Virus record (IMG/VR): IMGVR_UViG_3300032007_004072
Location: 10,223 to 74,222 of that record
Origin: a virus
Taxonomy: Duplodnaviria; Heunggongvirae; Uroviricota; Caudoviricetes
DNA: 64,000 nt
Direction: 5' to 3' (one strand)
Position numbers and translations under genes: made by a program. Under the pieces are notes generated by a model. That model saw only the letters and a list, made by a program, of their open reading frames with translations. It did not search any database and was not told the origin of the DNA. Shown here one piece after another: positions 1 through 11,100 of this stretch. Each line of letters begins with the position of its first letter. Position 1 is the stretch's first letter.

Positions 1-1656
1 AATTTCATAGATAATAAAGTTCCAGATGATTATATAATTGATATAGATAGATGGGTAACTGAGGCAAGAGATGGTGATTACTTTGCACTAGAAACTTTTG
101 ATGTATTTTATGACTTTATATATAATTATATAAGCGACAAAGCTATTGAAAAGTGGCATCTACCTGTACATAGAGATAAGTATTATGTGTCATTAATTTG
201 CGATAAGATAACTAATACTTCTTATAATGATTTTATGAAAGGTTTTAGTCTTGGTCATTTAGACCACAATAATGATTGGTACACTAGTGAGTTTAATAAG
301 TTATCTACACAGAAACGTGAAAATGTTATAGAATGGAGTGTACTTCCATATATAGAACAGTATCATGTTAATAAATATGGTTCTGGGTTACAATCTCCAA
401 ATTTATTTATGAATACTGGCCAAAGATTTGTTGTCATTGTTCATACAGGATATTCTGATACGTTATGGGCAAATGAGCAATTTCAAGCAAATACTAATTA
501 CGAATTTTTATGTCAGACAGATACTTGTGGTGAAAATTATGCTGGTAGAAATTTAATAAATACTTTGCCTTGTCGTAGATACTTATCATCGGGGTCAGAA
601 AATGAGCCTTATCATTCAACAGTTTATCCAGGAACTGGTGCTCCGTGGTTTGTTATAAGTGATAATAACATAAATGATTATTCTTTTTATGAGGATACTG
701 ATGGTGTTAATCACATGCTGTATGATTGTTGGATTACCATGTCAGACGATAAAAATTGTAGCATTACGATTAAGGTAGATGGAAATCATCAGCAACTAGA
801 TAACTGGCAATCAATATCTTTTGGAAGATTTCCGTATAAACAAACAGAAAATTATTCTTATAGTTTATATTGTGCTGGAGGGTCTTTAGGAATAAGTAAT
901 GATGTGTATGTGTATACTCCAGCAGGAGGAGGAACAAAAACTTATGTGCATGGTAATAGTTATGATTTAGATTTTCATAATGTTAGTTGGGGACATCCCG
1001 CAACATTATTGACTCCGTGTAAATTTAACGGTGCAAATACGAGTAATTTTAGAGTGTTGTCTATAGAGGGTATATGGAAAAATATATATAGTATAATACA
1101 GGATGCTACAGTTGTTTCTTGGCCTACGGCAGGCCCTCCTCCAGACTATGCGTCTATACTTAATAATGTGTATAGATATAATAATAATGATCATATGTTA
1201 TTTCCTACAAGTAATAACGCTAGGGAAATAAATAGTACTATATTTATTAATACACATGGGTATAATAATATTACTGGAGTTAATCATATCATGGGTACTA
1301 GTTATATTTGTAATACACAGTTTATACCAGTGTCTGTGTTCTTCGATAAATCTAAGGATCATTTTGAAAGTTGTCAGTGTGCTACAATACCATGTGTTTT
1401 TTGTACGTTTGATAAATATATAGAATCTGGAGAATATGTTGCTCAAGATGGTAGTAAATATTTGATTGTTCCGTGTGGTTGGGATGGAAGATTATATGTT
1501 TATGATGCTTATGATTCTTCTTTTGGACATAGGTTTAAGGTATTGAATGAACCGTGGGAATCTTGTGATGTTGTTGATTTATATGATAGTACTGCATTAC
1601 GAGGTCATAATCCATTTCCATATGTAATGGAAAAATTAGCAATAAGGATTGGTTAG
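1..1656 (+). CDS. hypothetical virion/structural protein, 5'-partial (frame open from window nt 1; track ORF begins at internal GTG 187)
   Basis: Track ORF 187..1656. Read by eye, the same frame has no stop back to nt 1, so the gene probably starts upstream of the window. Confidence 0.55.
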   Translation, partial: NFIDNKVPDDYIIDIDRWVTEARDGDYFALETFDVFYDFIYNYISDKAIEKWHLPVHRDKYYVSLICDKITNTSYNDFMKGFSLGHLDHNNDWYTSEFNKLSTQKRENVIEWSVLPYIEQYHVNKYGSGLQSPNLFMNTGQRFVVIVHTGYSDTLWANEQFQANTNYEFLCQTDTCGENYAGRNLINTLPCRRYLSSGSENEPYHSTVYPGTGAPWFVISDNNINDYSFYEDTDGVNHMLYDCWITMSDDKNCSITIKVDGNHQQLDNWQSISFGRFPYKQTENYSYSLYCAGGSLGISNDVYVYTPAGGGTKTYVHGNSYDLDFHNVSWGHPATLLTPCKFNGANTSNFRVLSIEGIWKNIYSIIQDATVVSWPTAGPPPDYASILNNVYRYNNNDHMLFPTSNNAREINSTIFINTHGYNNITGVNHIMGTSYICNTQFIPVSVFFDKSKDHFESCQCATIPCVFCTFDKYIESGEYVAQDGSKYLIVPCGWDGRLYVYDAYDSSFGHRFKVLNEPWESCDVVDLYDSTALRGHNPFPYVMEKLAIRIG

Positions 1657-3340
1657 TATGTATAAAGTATTTAATAATTATCCTAAAAATTGTCCGTTGT
1701 CAGAAGTATTAAGAATAACAATGGAAAATATAAAGACATTTATTTGTAATATAGCTCCAAATACAGATTTTACTGCTACTGAAGATATAAATACACCAGT
1801 TCCTTGGGTAAATGATATGCCAGATTATATAAAAGATACGACCCCTCTAATTTTTTATTCTAATGTTGTTGATAATAGTACTAATTCTGCATTTAATCTA
1901 GATGACTTTTCTGAGTTTAAAATATCTCATTTTGCTGATATAAATTATCCTGTTTATTGCATATTTTATTCGTGGATGCCATGCCCTATTTTAATATTTG
2001 TTTCTAAATCTGGTGCTATTACATGGTCTGATTACACAAAAGGGTTAAGACCGGATGATGGATTTAGTTCGAGGCAAAGTATCTGTGTAGCTTTTGATCT
2101 AAGCATATTTAATTTGGATGCTAATAATAAGATTTCAAAGAGAGCAAAATTTAGATACACTCAAAGACATCCAATGCGTAGTGGTATAGGTGTTGATAGT
2201 ATATATGATGGTCTTTTGTATGAAGATGCTACAATAAAATCAAGTCCTATACTAATATTAGACCCATTTTATCATATGTGGGATATAGTGGCTGATGATA
2301 TAATTAGTAGCAATGTTGATAGTTTTAGTTTTGCTATGAGCTTGTATAATAAGACTATTTGTTTTTATTTTTTAAAAAATCAAAATTATGTAGCAAATAC
2401 TACATGTTTAAATTCATTTATTTCAGTTAAAGATACTCAGCTGGTTGGTGGATGTGATTTAATGAGTCCAGAGGAGGCATTGATTTGTAAATCAGATGGG
2501 GTAGCTTTTCTTAGTATGATGGCTAATGGTCATCCAGAAGGGGATGAACATTTAGAGGTGAATGATAGAGACAAAGAAAGGGATAGAACCCCATATTTAT
2601 GTTCTTATGGGCATACAGTTCGTATAGGAGATCCATATAGTTTTGTACCAGAGAGAGTACCTTTAGTTATTTTTGGTGCATATGCAGATAGTAATATTAA
2701 AGACAGAGTGTGTAATTTATGGCATAGTTCTTATAAACCTAATTTTGGGTCATATAGAAATTTTAAGCATTTTAATAATGTAGAAAAACGAGCACAGAGC
2801 TATATGTTTAAGGGTAAGTTAGCAGAAGATGATCCAGATAGGTGGGTTGGCGGTTTAGGGTGGACTTCAAATATCCTTGTTCCTACTATAATTACTTCTT
2901 TTAATTCTAGTGGGGCAGAAGGAGATGGTGTAAATTATGATGACTGGGAACTTGATAATTATAGTATACCTCATTTTCCAACTTTAACAAATGGTGATAA
3001 TATAGGGGAATATGAACATAATTATTCTTTACTTCTCTCTATGGCAAGACAAGGAGATCCAAAAGTATTTACTAAGCTATTTCCTTTTCAAACAAATAAT
3101 GTACTTAACAATCATTTTATAATGTACCCTATACATATATACATTAAGAGAGAGCCATTAGACACTAACACATATTCTATATATTGTAAATTAAACTTTG
3201 TATATTCATGTCAAAGACTGTATGATGATGATAATAGGATGCACGAGTACAATTACTTAGGTAAAAAATTTATAGGTATTTCAAATAGATATACTGGGCT
3301 ATTATTTTTAGTAGATGACTATAAGGAGTTGATAATATAA
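1649..3340 (+). CDS. hypothetical structural protein (563 aa)
   Basis: Long ORF, start overlaps upstream stop (operon-like tiling); no recognisable motif. Confidence 0.6.
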   Translation: MVSMYKVFNNYPKNCPLSEVLRITMENIKTFICNIAPNTDFTATEDINTPVPWVNDMPDYIKDTTPLIFYSNVVDNSTNSAFNLDDFSEFKISHFADINYPVYCIFYSWMPCPILIFVSKSGAITWSDYTKGLRPDDGFSSRQSICVAFDLSIFNLDANNKISKRAKFRYTQRHPMRSGIGVDSIYDGLLYEDATIKSSPILILDPFYHMWDIVADDIISSNVDSFSFAMSLYNKTICFYFLKNQNYVANTTCLNSFISVKDTQLVGGCDLMSPEEALICKSDGVAFLSMMANGHPEGDEHLEVNDRDKERDRTPYLCSYGHTVRIGDPYSFVPERVPLVIFGAYADSNIKDRVCNLWHSSYKPNFGSYRNFKHFNNVEKRAQSYMFKGKLAEDDPDRWVGGLGWTSNILVPTIITSFNSSGAEGDGVNYDDWELDNYSIPHFPTLTNGDNIGEYEHNYSLLLSMARQGDPKVFTKLFPFQTNNVLNNHFIMYPIHIYIKREPLDTNTYSIYCKLNFVYSCQRLYDDDNRMHEYNYLGKKFIGISNRYTGLLFLVDDYKELII

Positions 3341-4609
3341 ATGGCATATGTAGCATATAATAATTTAAAAACAGCCAATCAAGTCATTGAAAAAATGGCT
3401 GAGTATATAACAAGTAGAGGATTTACAGTAGTAGACGCATTAAAAGATGATGTAAATGTATACGATAGGTCTTCTGTAGATGGTAAAAAGTTTGTATTTA
3501 TGGATAAAACAAATACGTATTTTATTCATTTAAGATCATTTGAATATGTAAGTCCATTTGGTACTACTGATGACGCTGCAATGGATATAGCAACACCAGA
3601 TACTGATATAGGCTATCAAGGTGTAGCAATGACTATATCAGAAGGGTATTCTCAAACGCAAAGATGGTATAATCAGTATTTAGTACCATTAAATTATAGG
3701 GGAAATCAAGTACAATTTGTATGTATGCCTGTAGTAAATAGAAATGAGAATTATGAATATACCGAACAGGAAAATCCAGATACAAATGAAAATGCATATA
3801 CACTATATTGTAATAATACTACACTTCCAACAGATACTTTAGTATTTAGTTTAGTAGCTGAAAATGTTGGTGGAGATCAGGCAAATGGTTGGGATTATAG
3901 AGCAGTACATTTAATAGTTGGTATGCTTAATAAGTATGATGATTGGGAAGGAGGAATTTTTATGAGTGGTTCTGCCGTTCCTAGTACTATTAAGCAAGCT
4001 TATGAGTTATTCGCTAATTCTGACGCAGATGACCCTTTCCATGAAATTAAGGATGCAAATATACTTCCTGTTCTTAGTAGTGGTAGAATATCAAATACAT
4101 TTTTAAGAATGGATATAGACGATGCTCCAAAAGAAAGCAGAGGATATATTAGATGGGCATCTAGTGGTACAGATAACGTAACTGGAAAAAGATTATCAAT
4201 GCCAGTTAGAGATCCTTATGGTGGTTCTTCTGGTAATGGTAAGATACCTCATTATGGCTATATTCAATCTCAAGGTAAGTTAGACTGGGGCAGAAACATA
4301 AATACATTAAATTGTATTACGTTAAATATGCCTATGTTTATGGCTGTGCAAGTAGACCCAGATGCATTAAATAATTATGCAGGTGCTGGTCAAGTAAGCG
4401 GTGTATATTTTGTATGTATGTTAAATATGCAGACAAGTTTCTGTTATGAGATGAGCTATCCAAAATCTAATGATTTGTGTCAGGTATTTTCTATGTCAAT
4501 GCGTAGAGGAAGATTTGGGTTTGATGGTATAAGCATTAGACAAAATGAAGATGATAGTGATAGTACTATAGGAGATATTACTACAACAAGAAAAGGTATT
4601 GACGGGTAG
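3341..4609 (+). CDS. hypothetical structural protein (422 aa)
   Basis: Long ORF; ATG directly abuts upstream stop. Confidence 0.6.
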   Translation: MAYVAYNNLKTANQVIEKMAEYITSRGFTVVDALKDDVNVYDRSSVDGKKFVFMDKTNTYFIHLRSFEYVSPFGTTDDAAMDIATPDTDIGYQGVAMTISEGYSQTQRWYNQYLVPLNYRGNQVQFVCMPVVNRNENYEYTEQENPDTNENAYTLYCNNTTLPTDTLVFSLVAENVGGDQANGWDYRAVHLIVGMLNKYDDWEGGIFMSGSAVPSTIKQAYELFANSDADDPFHEIKDANILPVLSSGRISNTFLRMDIDDAPKESRGYIRWASSGTDNVTGKRLSMPVRDPYGGSSGNGKIPHYGYIQSQGKLDWGRNINTLNCITLNMPMFMAVQVDPDALNNYAGAGQVSGVYFVCMLNMQTSFCYEMSYPKSNDLCQVFSMSMRRGRFGFDGISIRQNEDDSDSTIGDITTTRKGIDG

Positions 4610-4619
4610 GTGATAGCCT

Positions 4620-5777
4620 ATGCCAGAAAATATATTAGGTAAGGCAAGTATTGTCGGGCCAAAATATTTTTTACAGAGGATGACTACAAGTGACAAATAT
4701 TTTGCAAAACCATACTTTCAAGGTATATTTGTAATAGACCCAGAACCAGATTTAGGAACTATGAAATCTCCGTGGTATGGGGATACTATTACTATGAAAG
4801 GATGGAACTTTTTAAAAATACCTTTTGGTGAGATAGATGATTCAGAAGAAGTATTAACAAGGCAAGAAGGGTGGTTATATATTTATGACTATCCAGCAGC
4901 AACATTTGATGTATATGATGAGAATGGTAATACTTATATACATAGAGATAATATAGAAACTATTGGTGATTTACATATAGATTTTACTATACAAATGAGT
5001 CATCAATTTGAGATACATTTTGATGTTTCACTTATAAATAGATTCTTCCCCATAGCAAAATTAAAGAAAAAGCTTTATGGTGAATCATATATATGGAATC
5101 CTATTATTAGTAAGGGGGATAAGTTGTACGGTTCAGATAATAGGGTAGCATATAAGAATAGCACAGATATGCAAAAACGTATAGCATCTGTAGAAACATA
5201 TATTGTAGATATTAGAATACCTATTAGGAGAGTAGTATATGAAGAAGATGTTCCAAGGTCTGCAATGCCAAAAGGTATAGCAGAATATACAGCTAATGAT
5301 AAATATATGGTTACTACTAATAAGGTATATGATGATTCGTTTAAGCCTTTTAACGTAACACATTTACCTAGAACATATAAAGCAATAGCATTACAATATT
5401 CATTATTATATTTTATGCTTAGTAATTGTATGTATCCAAGACTAAATATAACTATTAGATTGGGTGAAACTCATAATAACAGACCAGTCTATGAACCTTG
5501 GTTGATCTGGGGTGTGTTTAAGTTCTTATTCTTACATCGTGAAGAAGTAGATGATGATGATTACGAGATAGATGTCTTCGATTATTTAGAGATGGTTGCA
5601 TTACAAAGAAATTTGTACATGAATAATTATTTTAATTGCTGGAACTTCTTAAAGCTGATAAAACTAGAAGTAGTTATAAAAATTTATCAGATGTTAATAG
5701 AAAATCAGCACCCAATAAAATGGGTCAACGACTATTCCATAAATGGAAGTACTGTTAATAAAACAGGATATGAATAA
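4620..5777 (+). CDS. hypothetical protein (385 aa)
   Basis: Long ORF tiled with neighbours. Confidence 0.6.
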   Translation: MPENILGKASIVGPKYFLQRMTTSDKYFAKPYFQGIFVIDPEPDLGTMKSPWYGDTITMKGWNFLKIPFGEIDDSEEVLTRQEGWLYIYDYPAATFDVYDENGNTYIHRDNIETIGDLHIDFTIQMSHQFEIHFDVSLINRFFPIAKLKKKLYGESYIWNPIISKGDKLYGSDNRVAYKNSTDMQKRIASVETYIVDIRIPIRRVVYEEDVPRSAMPKGIAEYTANDKYMVTTNKVYDDSFKPFNVTHLPRTYKAIALQYSLLYFMLSNCMYPRLNITIRLGETHNNRPVYEPWLIWGVFKFLFLHREEVDDDDYEIDVFDYLEMVALQRNLYMNNYFNCWNFLKLIKLEVVIKIYQMLIENQHPIKWVNDYSINGSTVNKTGYE

Positions 5778-5894
5778 ACCTAAACCTTAATATAAGGCAT
5801 GGATAAGATATAGTCTAATCTTTATAGAAATATAAAGTAAAAAAATGCTTTCGCCGAACTGGAGTTATTAGTTTGGTATTTAAATACAAAGAAC

Positions 5895-5923
5895 TTGACA
5901 AAAAGCCTCTATTATGCTATAAT
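5895..5923 (+). promoter_or_regulatory. sigma-A-like promoter: TTGACA, 17-nt spacer, TATAAT
   Basis: Read directly from sequence: cTTGACAaaaagcctctattatgcTATAATat. The -10 lies in the loop of a 12-bp imperfect hairpin (AAAGCCTCTATT...AATAGGGGCTTT). Confidence 0.6.
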
Positions 5924-5968
5924 ATAGAAAATAGGGGCTTTATTATATATTAAAGGTAGGTGAAATAG

Positions 5969-7210
5969 TTGGCACAAACAAAGATATCAGAAAATATAGA
6001 ATACTTGACTGATGTATTGACTTCTTATGATGGGCATGAACAACGCATAAAAATAAGACAACAACCAAGACAATACTTTAGTTATGATTATTCAGCTATG
6101 GATCAATATCAAGCACAGTGGCTTAGAGGGATGTCAAGAATAAGACAATCAGATGTTTGGTATATTCCTATATGGAATAAAGGAAGTTATTTACGTGAGG
6201 ATTTCATAGCTAATGGTAAGGCTTTATATATAGATAATGATTATTACTATAATTTTGATGAATGTGAGTGGATTGAAATATTTGTTAAGGATGATTTTAC
6301 ACAATCTGGTGTAAATATTGTTAGGCAGGTTCATTCCTATACAGATGGTATAATAACATTAAAGAAGAAAATAGCTAGACCATTAAATATGAAAAACACT
6401 TGGATATTTCCATTAAAACAAGTAACTACTAAAACTACTGATGCTATTCAATACTTGTATTCAAATGGTGATGAAGAATGTCTTAATTTTGAGCTTATAC
6501 TTCATGAAAGTAAATTACATATACCTAATAAATATCGCTATGATGATTGGGAAGATATTGAACAGTTCAACAGATTTCACTTACCAAAATTTTATAATGG
6601 AAAAGAAGTGTTACTTTTTACTCCTCAATGGGTAGGGGATGATTCTAATAATTTGTTATTAGAAAAGAAAGTAGAGCTAATGGATAATACTACAGGAACA
6701 TTTGTTTATGATACAATAAATACATATTCTTATGATACTCATAACATGACATTTTTTTTGTTTGGTATAAAAAGAATAACTAATATGATACACTTTTTTC
6801 ATAGGGTGCAGGGAAGGTATAAATCATTTTATTGTCCAACTTGGGCAAATGATTTTCAAGTAGATTTAGATATAAGACCAAATAGTAATTACATTTATAC
6901 AAGATTTCATTTATTATTTAAATTTTATGCAAATAATGGGCGTAAAAAAGCAATAATAATATTTACAAAAAAATGGGAGTCATATATTTTAGAAATAATG
7001 TCTTATACTACAGAAGTAATAGGGAATAAAACTTATGGTAAATTGATTTTAACTAGTAATGTTCCAAGAGCAATACCTGTAGATGAGGTATTAATGGTTT
7101 CTTATTTTAATTTAGTTAGATTAGATTCAGATAATTTAAAGTTAGATTTTGAGTCAAATACAGCAGCAACTACATCATTATCAATGAAGGAGGTGGATGA
7201 TTTAGTATGA
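5969..7210 (+). CDS. hypothetical structural protein (413 aa), TTG start
   Basis: ORF preceded by AGGTAGGTGA Shine-Dalgarno; follows promoter. Confidence 0.6.
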   Translation: MAQTKISENIEYLTDVLTSYDGHEQRIKIRQQPRQYFSYDYSAMDQYQAQWLRGMSRIRQSDVWYIPIWNKGSYLREDFIANGKALYIDNDYYYNFDECEWIEIFVKDDFTQSGVNIVRQVHSYTDGIITLKKKIARPLNMKNTWIFPLKQVTTKTTDAIQYLYSNGDEECLNFELILHESKLHIPNKYRYDDWEDIEQFNRFHLPKFYNGKEVLLFTPQWVGDDSNNLLLEKKVELMDNTTGTFVYDTINTYSYDTHNMTFFLFGIKRITNMIHFFHRVQGRYKSFYCPTWANDFQVDLDIRPNSNYIYTRFHLLFKFYANNGRKKAIIIFTKKWESYILEIMSYTTEVIGNKTYGKLILTSNVPRAIPVDEVLMVSYFNLVRLDSDNLKLDFESNTAATTSLSMKEVDDLV

Positions 7211-8103
7211 GTTTTTATGATGATGAAACTTCGATTCAAGACGCACAACCAGTAGAATTATATATATTTACTTATGCTAATGTAGATTTTACATATACAT
7301 CAAGTGGCTATGCTAAATCAGCTTTCCTTAATAATCAGTGGTATGTATTTAATCCTGAGTATATAAAACGTGGTGATTCATTAAAAACTGGTAATTCCAG
7401 CGGTAATACTGAAACTACAACAATAACAGTTAGTAGAACAAATAATATAGCATTATTATTTCAAGGAGCACCACCAGAAGAAGATATTGTAAGAGTAAGA
7501 GTATACAGGGTGCATGGATTAAATAATAGTGATTATGCTTTAATTTTAAGGGGTGTAGTTACACAAGTATCTTTTGATGGTAGTTATGCAGAATTAACTA
7601 TTACAATAGAAAATGTTTTAAATAGATTGATTCCAAGAGGTAAGCTTTCTTATTATTGTCAAAATTGTATTTATGATAACAAATGTACACTTGAGCCAGA
7701 AAATTATGCATTACAATGCTATTTAGATAAGCATGTTAATGGTATGAGGCTTTATTCAACAAATCTTAGAGAACATGAAGAGGGTTGGCCAATAGATGGG
7801 TTTTTAAAAATGGGTAATAGTTATAGAGCAATAGTAAATGCACAAGCAGATTGGATTCAAATAAAATATCCAATAAGGTCATCAGATTGGCAAGGTAGCT
7901 TTAAGGTATATCCTGGATGTCAGAATTTATTTTCAGTATGTGCAAGGAAGTTTGGTAATTCTGATAATTTTAGTGGTGTACCTTATATTATGCCTTATAA
8001 TGCATTTACACATCCTACTTGTAAAGGTACATATTGGGTAAAAGATAATCTTAGATATGAAGATACTAACGGTGATACTGGTGATATTGGATTAGGTGGT
8101 TAA
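7207..8103 (+). CDS. hypothetical structural protein (298 aa)
   Basis: ORF with ATGA overlap to the upstream gene. Confidence 0.6.
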   Translation: MSFYDDETSIQDAQPVELYIFTYANVDFTYTSSGYAKSAFLNNQWYVFNPEYIKRGDSLKTGNSSGNTETTTITVSRTNNIALLFQGAPPEEDIVRVRVYRVHGLNNSDYALILRGVVTQVSFDGSYAELTITIENVLNRLIPRGKLSYYCQNCIYDNKCTLEPENYALQCYLDKHVNGMRLYSTNLREHEEGWPIDGFLKMGNSYRAIVNAQADWIQIKYPIRSSDWQGSFKVYPGCQNLFSVCARKFGNSDNFSGVPYIMPYNAFTHPTCKGTYWVKDNLRYEDTNGDTGDIGLGG

Positions 8104-11100
8104 TATGGCAGCTACAGTTAAAAGTAAATCTAGTAGTACAAGTAGAGGTGGAGGTTGGTTCAATTCATTCTTGGGTTGGGGAATATCTACTTTACTTTTG
8201 TGGCTACTTAATAGAAATAATAGTGATAGTGATTCTACTTCTTCTATGCAAGCTTCACCATATACAGATAGTAATTCAAATCAAATAGGTCAACCAATAC
8301 CTGTAGCATTAGGTAGAGTAATGATAAAAAATCCTTTAATTTCTTATTATGGTGCATTTAGAGCAGATATTTATACAGAAGAGTATGGAGCACATAGTAA
8401 TCTTGATATTTGGCCTTGGATACTTAGTTTAATTCCAATTATTCTTGCTGTATCAGAGAAAGACACTATAAAGGTTACTGCTGGTACAGGAGTAGAGATA
8501 ACAGGAAGAACAACAGAGGCTATGACTATTGGCGGATTACCTGCTGCTACTGTTACTGGAGGCGGAACTTCTGGTATGAATAATAATTCTGGTAAAATTG
8601 GTGATGTGCCTAAACAGAAGACACCACCTTCGACAACTGTTTTAAATGCGATTACTTCCACTGGGCCAGCACCTGTAGAGGGAACTATTGACCTTAGTGG
8701 ACCAGGTAAAAAACGTGCTCTTATAATGCAAGCATTACTTAATTTTATTTTATGGCTATTATCATACTTAATAGGTAAACATTTATTACGTACCACTATT
8801 CAAAAAGGATTTAAATATTATCTTGGCTGGCAACATATTCTTTGTTGGACAGATGAAAATATCGGTGTTAAGAGATTGTGGATGAATGTATATGATACTG
8901 AAGTTGAGCAATCTACAGAAACTGGTGTTTGGGATAATGATAATCATATAGCATATAAAAAAGATAATCCTACTGGTATATCTGCATATATCGACAATGA
9001 CCAAATGTTTGGTGGTGTAGATGAAGGTGGAGGCTTTATTGGGGAAGTAAGGTTTTATTTTGGTACTTATGAACAACCAAAAGACTCATGGATGGTAAAT
9101 GAAATGAAAGCAGATACTATAGAGGAAGATTTGAGGGGATTGACTCCAAGATATCCGATGTTTTTAACTTGTGTAGTATCTGATAGAAATAAAGTTGATG
9201 GTGCGTATATTGGTAAACAGTCAACTATGCCAGAAATGTGGTTTGAGGTAGTAAACTATCCAACAAAGTTATATGAAGAATTTAAGTCAGATTTATTTGG
9301 TCTATATTCTAAACGTATAGGTGAGCTAGTTGATAATATTTTAGCATATATATCTAATCAAGACCAATCAGTACAAACTTATATGGAAGATTATACAAAA
9401 GAATTGCGGGAAGCTAAAGGAGAATATGACGCTTATTATAAAGCAGAACAGTTAAAAATAGATGTAATGGATAGAGCTAGAGAAAGACTGGAAGAAGCTG
9501 AACGTAGTGGAGATCAGCAAGTAATTACTGATGCACAAGAAGAATATGATAAAGCAAAACAAGAAGCAGATGAAGCTCATGAGAAAACAGAAGAAACTTT
9601 CCAAGCGTTAAGGGATGCTGCGGATGCAGTTAGAGATAATTATCCTCAAACAAATAGAGATGAGGTAGCTTCTTTAGTAGATCCTTTAGACACGCTTCTT
9701 GATAATGGTGTTTGGCATTTAGGGAAATTGGATGAAGATTTGAACCCAGCAGAGGCAATCTATGCAATTCTTACAAATGATTTATGGGGATGTAATTATG
9801 ATAGAATAACAGATATAGATGCACAGAGTTTATTGCAATTAGGCATAACTTGTGAGGAAGAAAGACTAGGTGTATCATGCTTAATTACATCAGAAGCACA
9901 GGCTGGTTCATATATTCAAAAGATATTAAATCATATAAATGGTATAATGTATGATAATCCGTATACAGGTAGACTTACATTTAAGCTTATTCGTGGTGAT
10001 TATGACCCAAGTACATTGCCTATTTTTAACCCAAGTAATTGTGAAAGCATGAAATTTACAAGATTAGATTGGTCAGAAACATCTTCAGCAACAACTGTTT
10101 CATTTACTCATGCTTCTAATAAATATGTTGATGGTACAGTAATATACCAAGATGTGGCCAATAGATTTATAACAAGATCTTATAAAGAGTCTTCAGTTGA
10201 GGGAGTTTATTATACTGTACCTAAGAACGCTGGTTGGTTAGCAAAAATCTCACAATTAGCTTCTGGTTATCCATTATCTACAGTAGAGTTTACTACAAAT
10301 AGGTTTGGTCATGATATTGGTCTTGGTGATCCAATAATAGTACATTGGTTGTCATATGGAATAGATAATCAAATATATAGAGTTACAGATATAGATTATG
10401 CTACTCTTACAGCTAATGCTATAAAGGTAACTGCAATTGAAGATATATATGGATTTGAAAATACAAGGTATGCTTATGCAGAAGTACCAGAATGGACTAA
10501 TCCTAAAAAATATGCGTCATCAATCCAGTACTATATGTATATGGAAATGCCGTATGAATGGACTAAATCTTTGGATACTTATGTTAATGCTTATGCTGCT
10601 AGACCTACAAATGATGATGATTATTATGTTAATTATAGATATACTGGAACAGAATATGCTAGAAGAACACGAACTAATGATTGGTCAATGGTAGCTCAAT
10701 TAGTATATGGTACGAAAGAAATTTATGATGAAGATAATACTGGGTTTGAGATAGAAGTTATTGGTGCTCAAGCAAGAGATTTGTTTGATGATAAATGTCA
10801 AAAAATATTAGATTATCCATCTGTATATACAAATAAATCTAATAGAAATATGATGGTAATTGACGGTGAGATACTAACATATGATACAATGATTAAATTA
10901 CCTAATGGTCATTATACGCTAACAAATGTAATTCATGGTGTATATGATACTATACCAAGAGATCATCCAGCATATTCTAAAGTTTATTTTTTGGATTATG
11001 AATTGCAGGTTGATGATAAGAGAGTAGCTACAGAAGGTAATTTTGCAGATGAGCAGTATGAACTTAGGTCTGGTACGGTAGATGAAGAAGAGCAGTTTAA

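Noticed and set aside
10437-10694. Internal + strand ORFs nested in other frames inside large genes (10437..10694, 6441..6635, 14707..14931, 33661..33852, 56071..56256, 52962..53183, 47568..47750)
   Set aside because: They are fully contained within well-supported longer ORFs in another frame, with no independent start signals. Frame-shadow artefacts.
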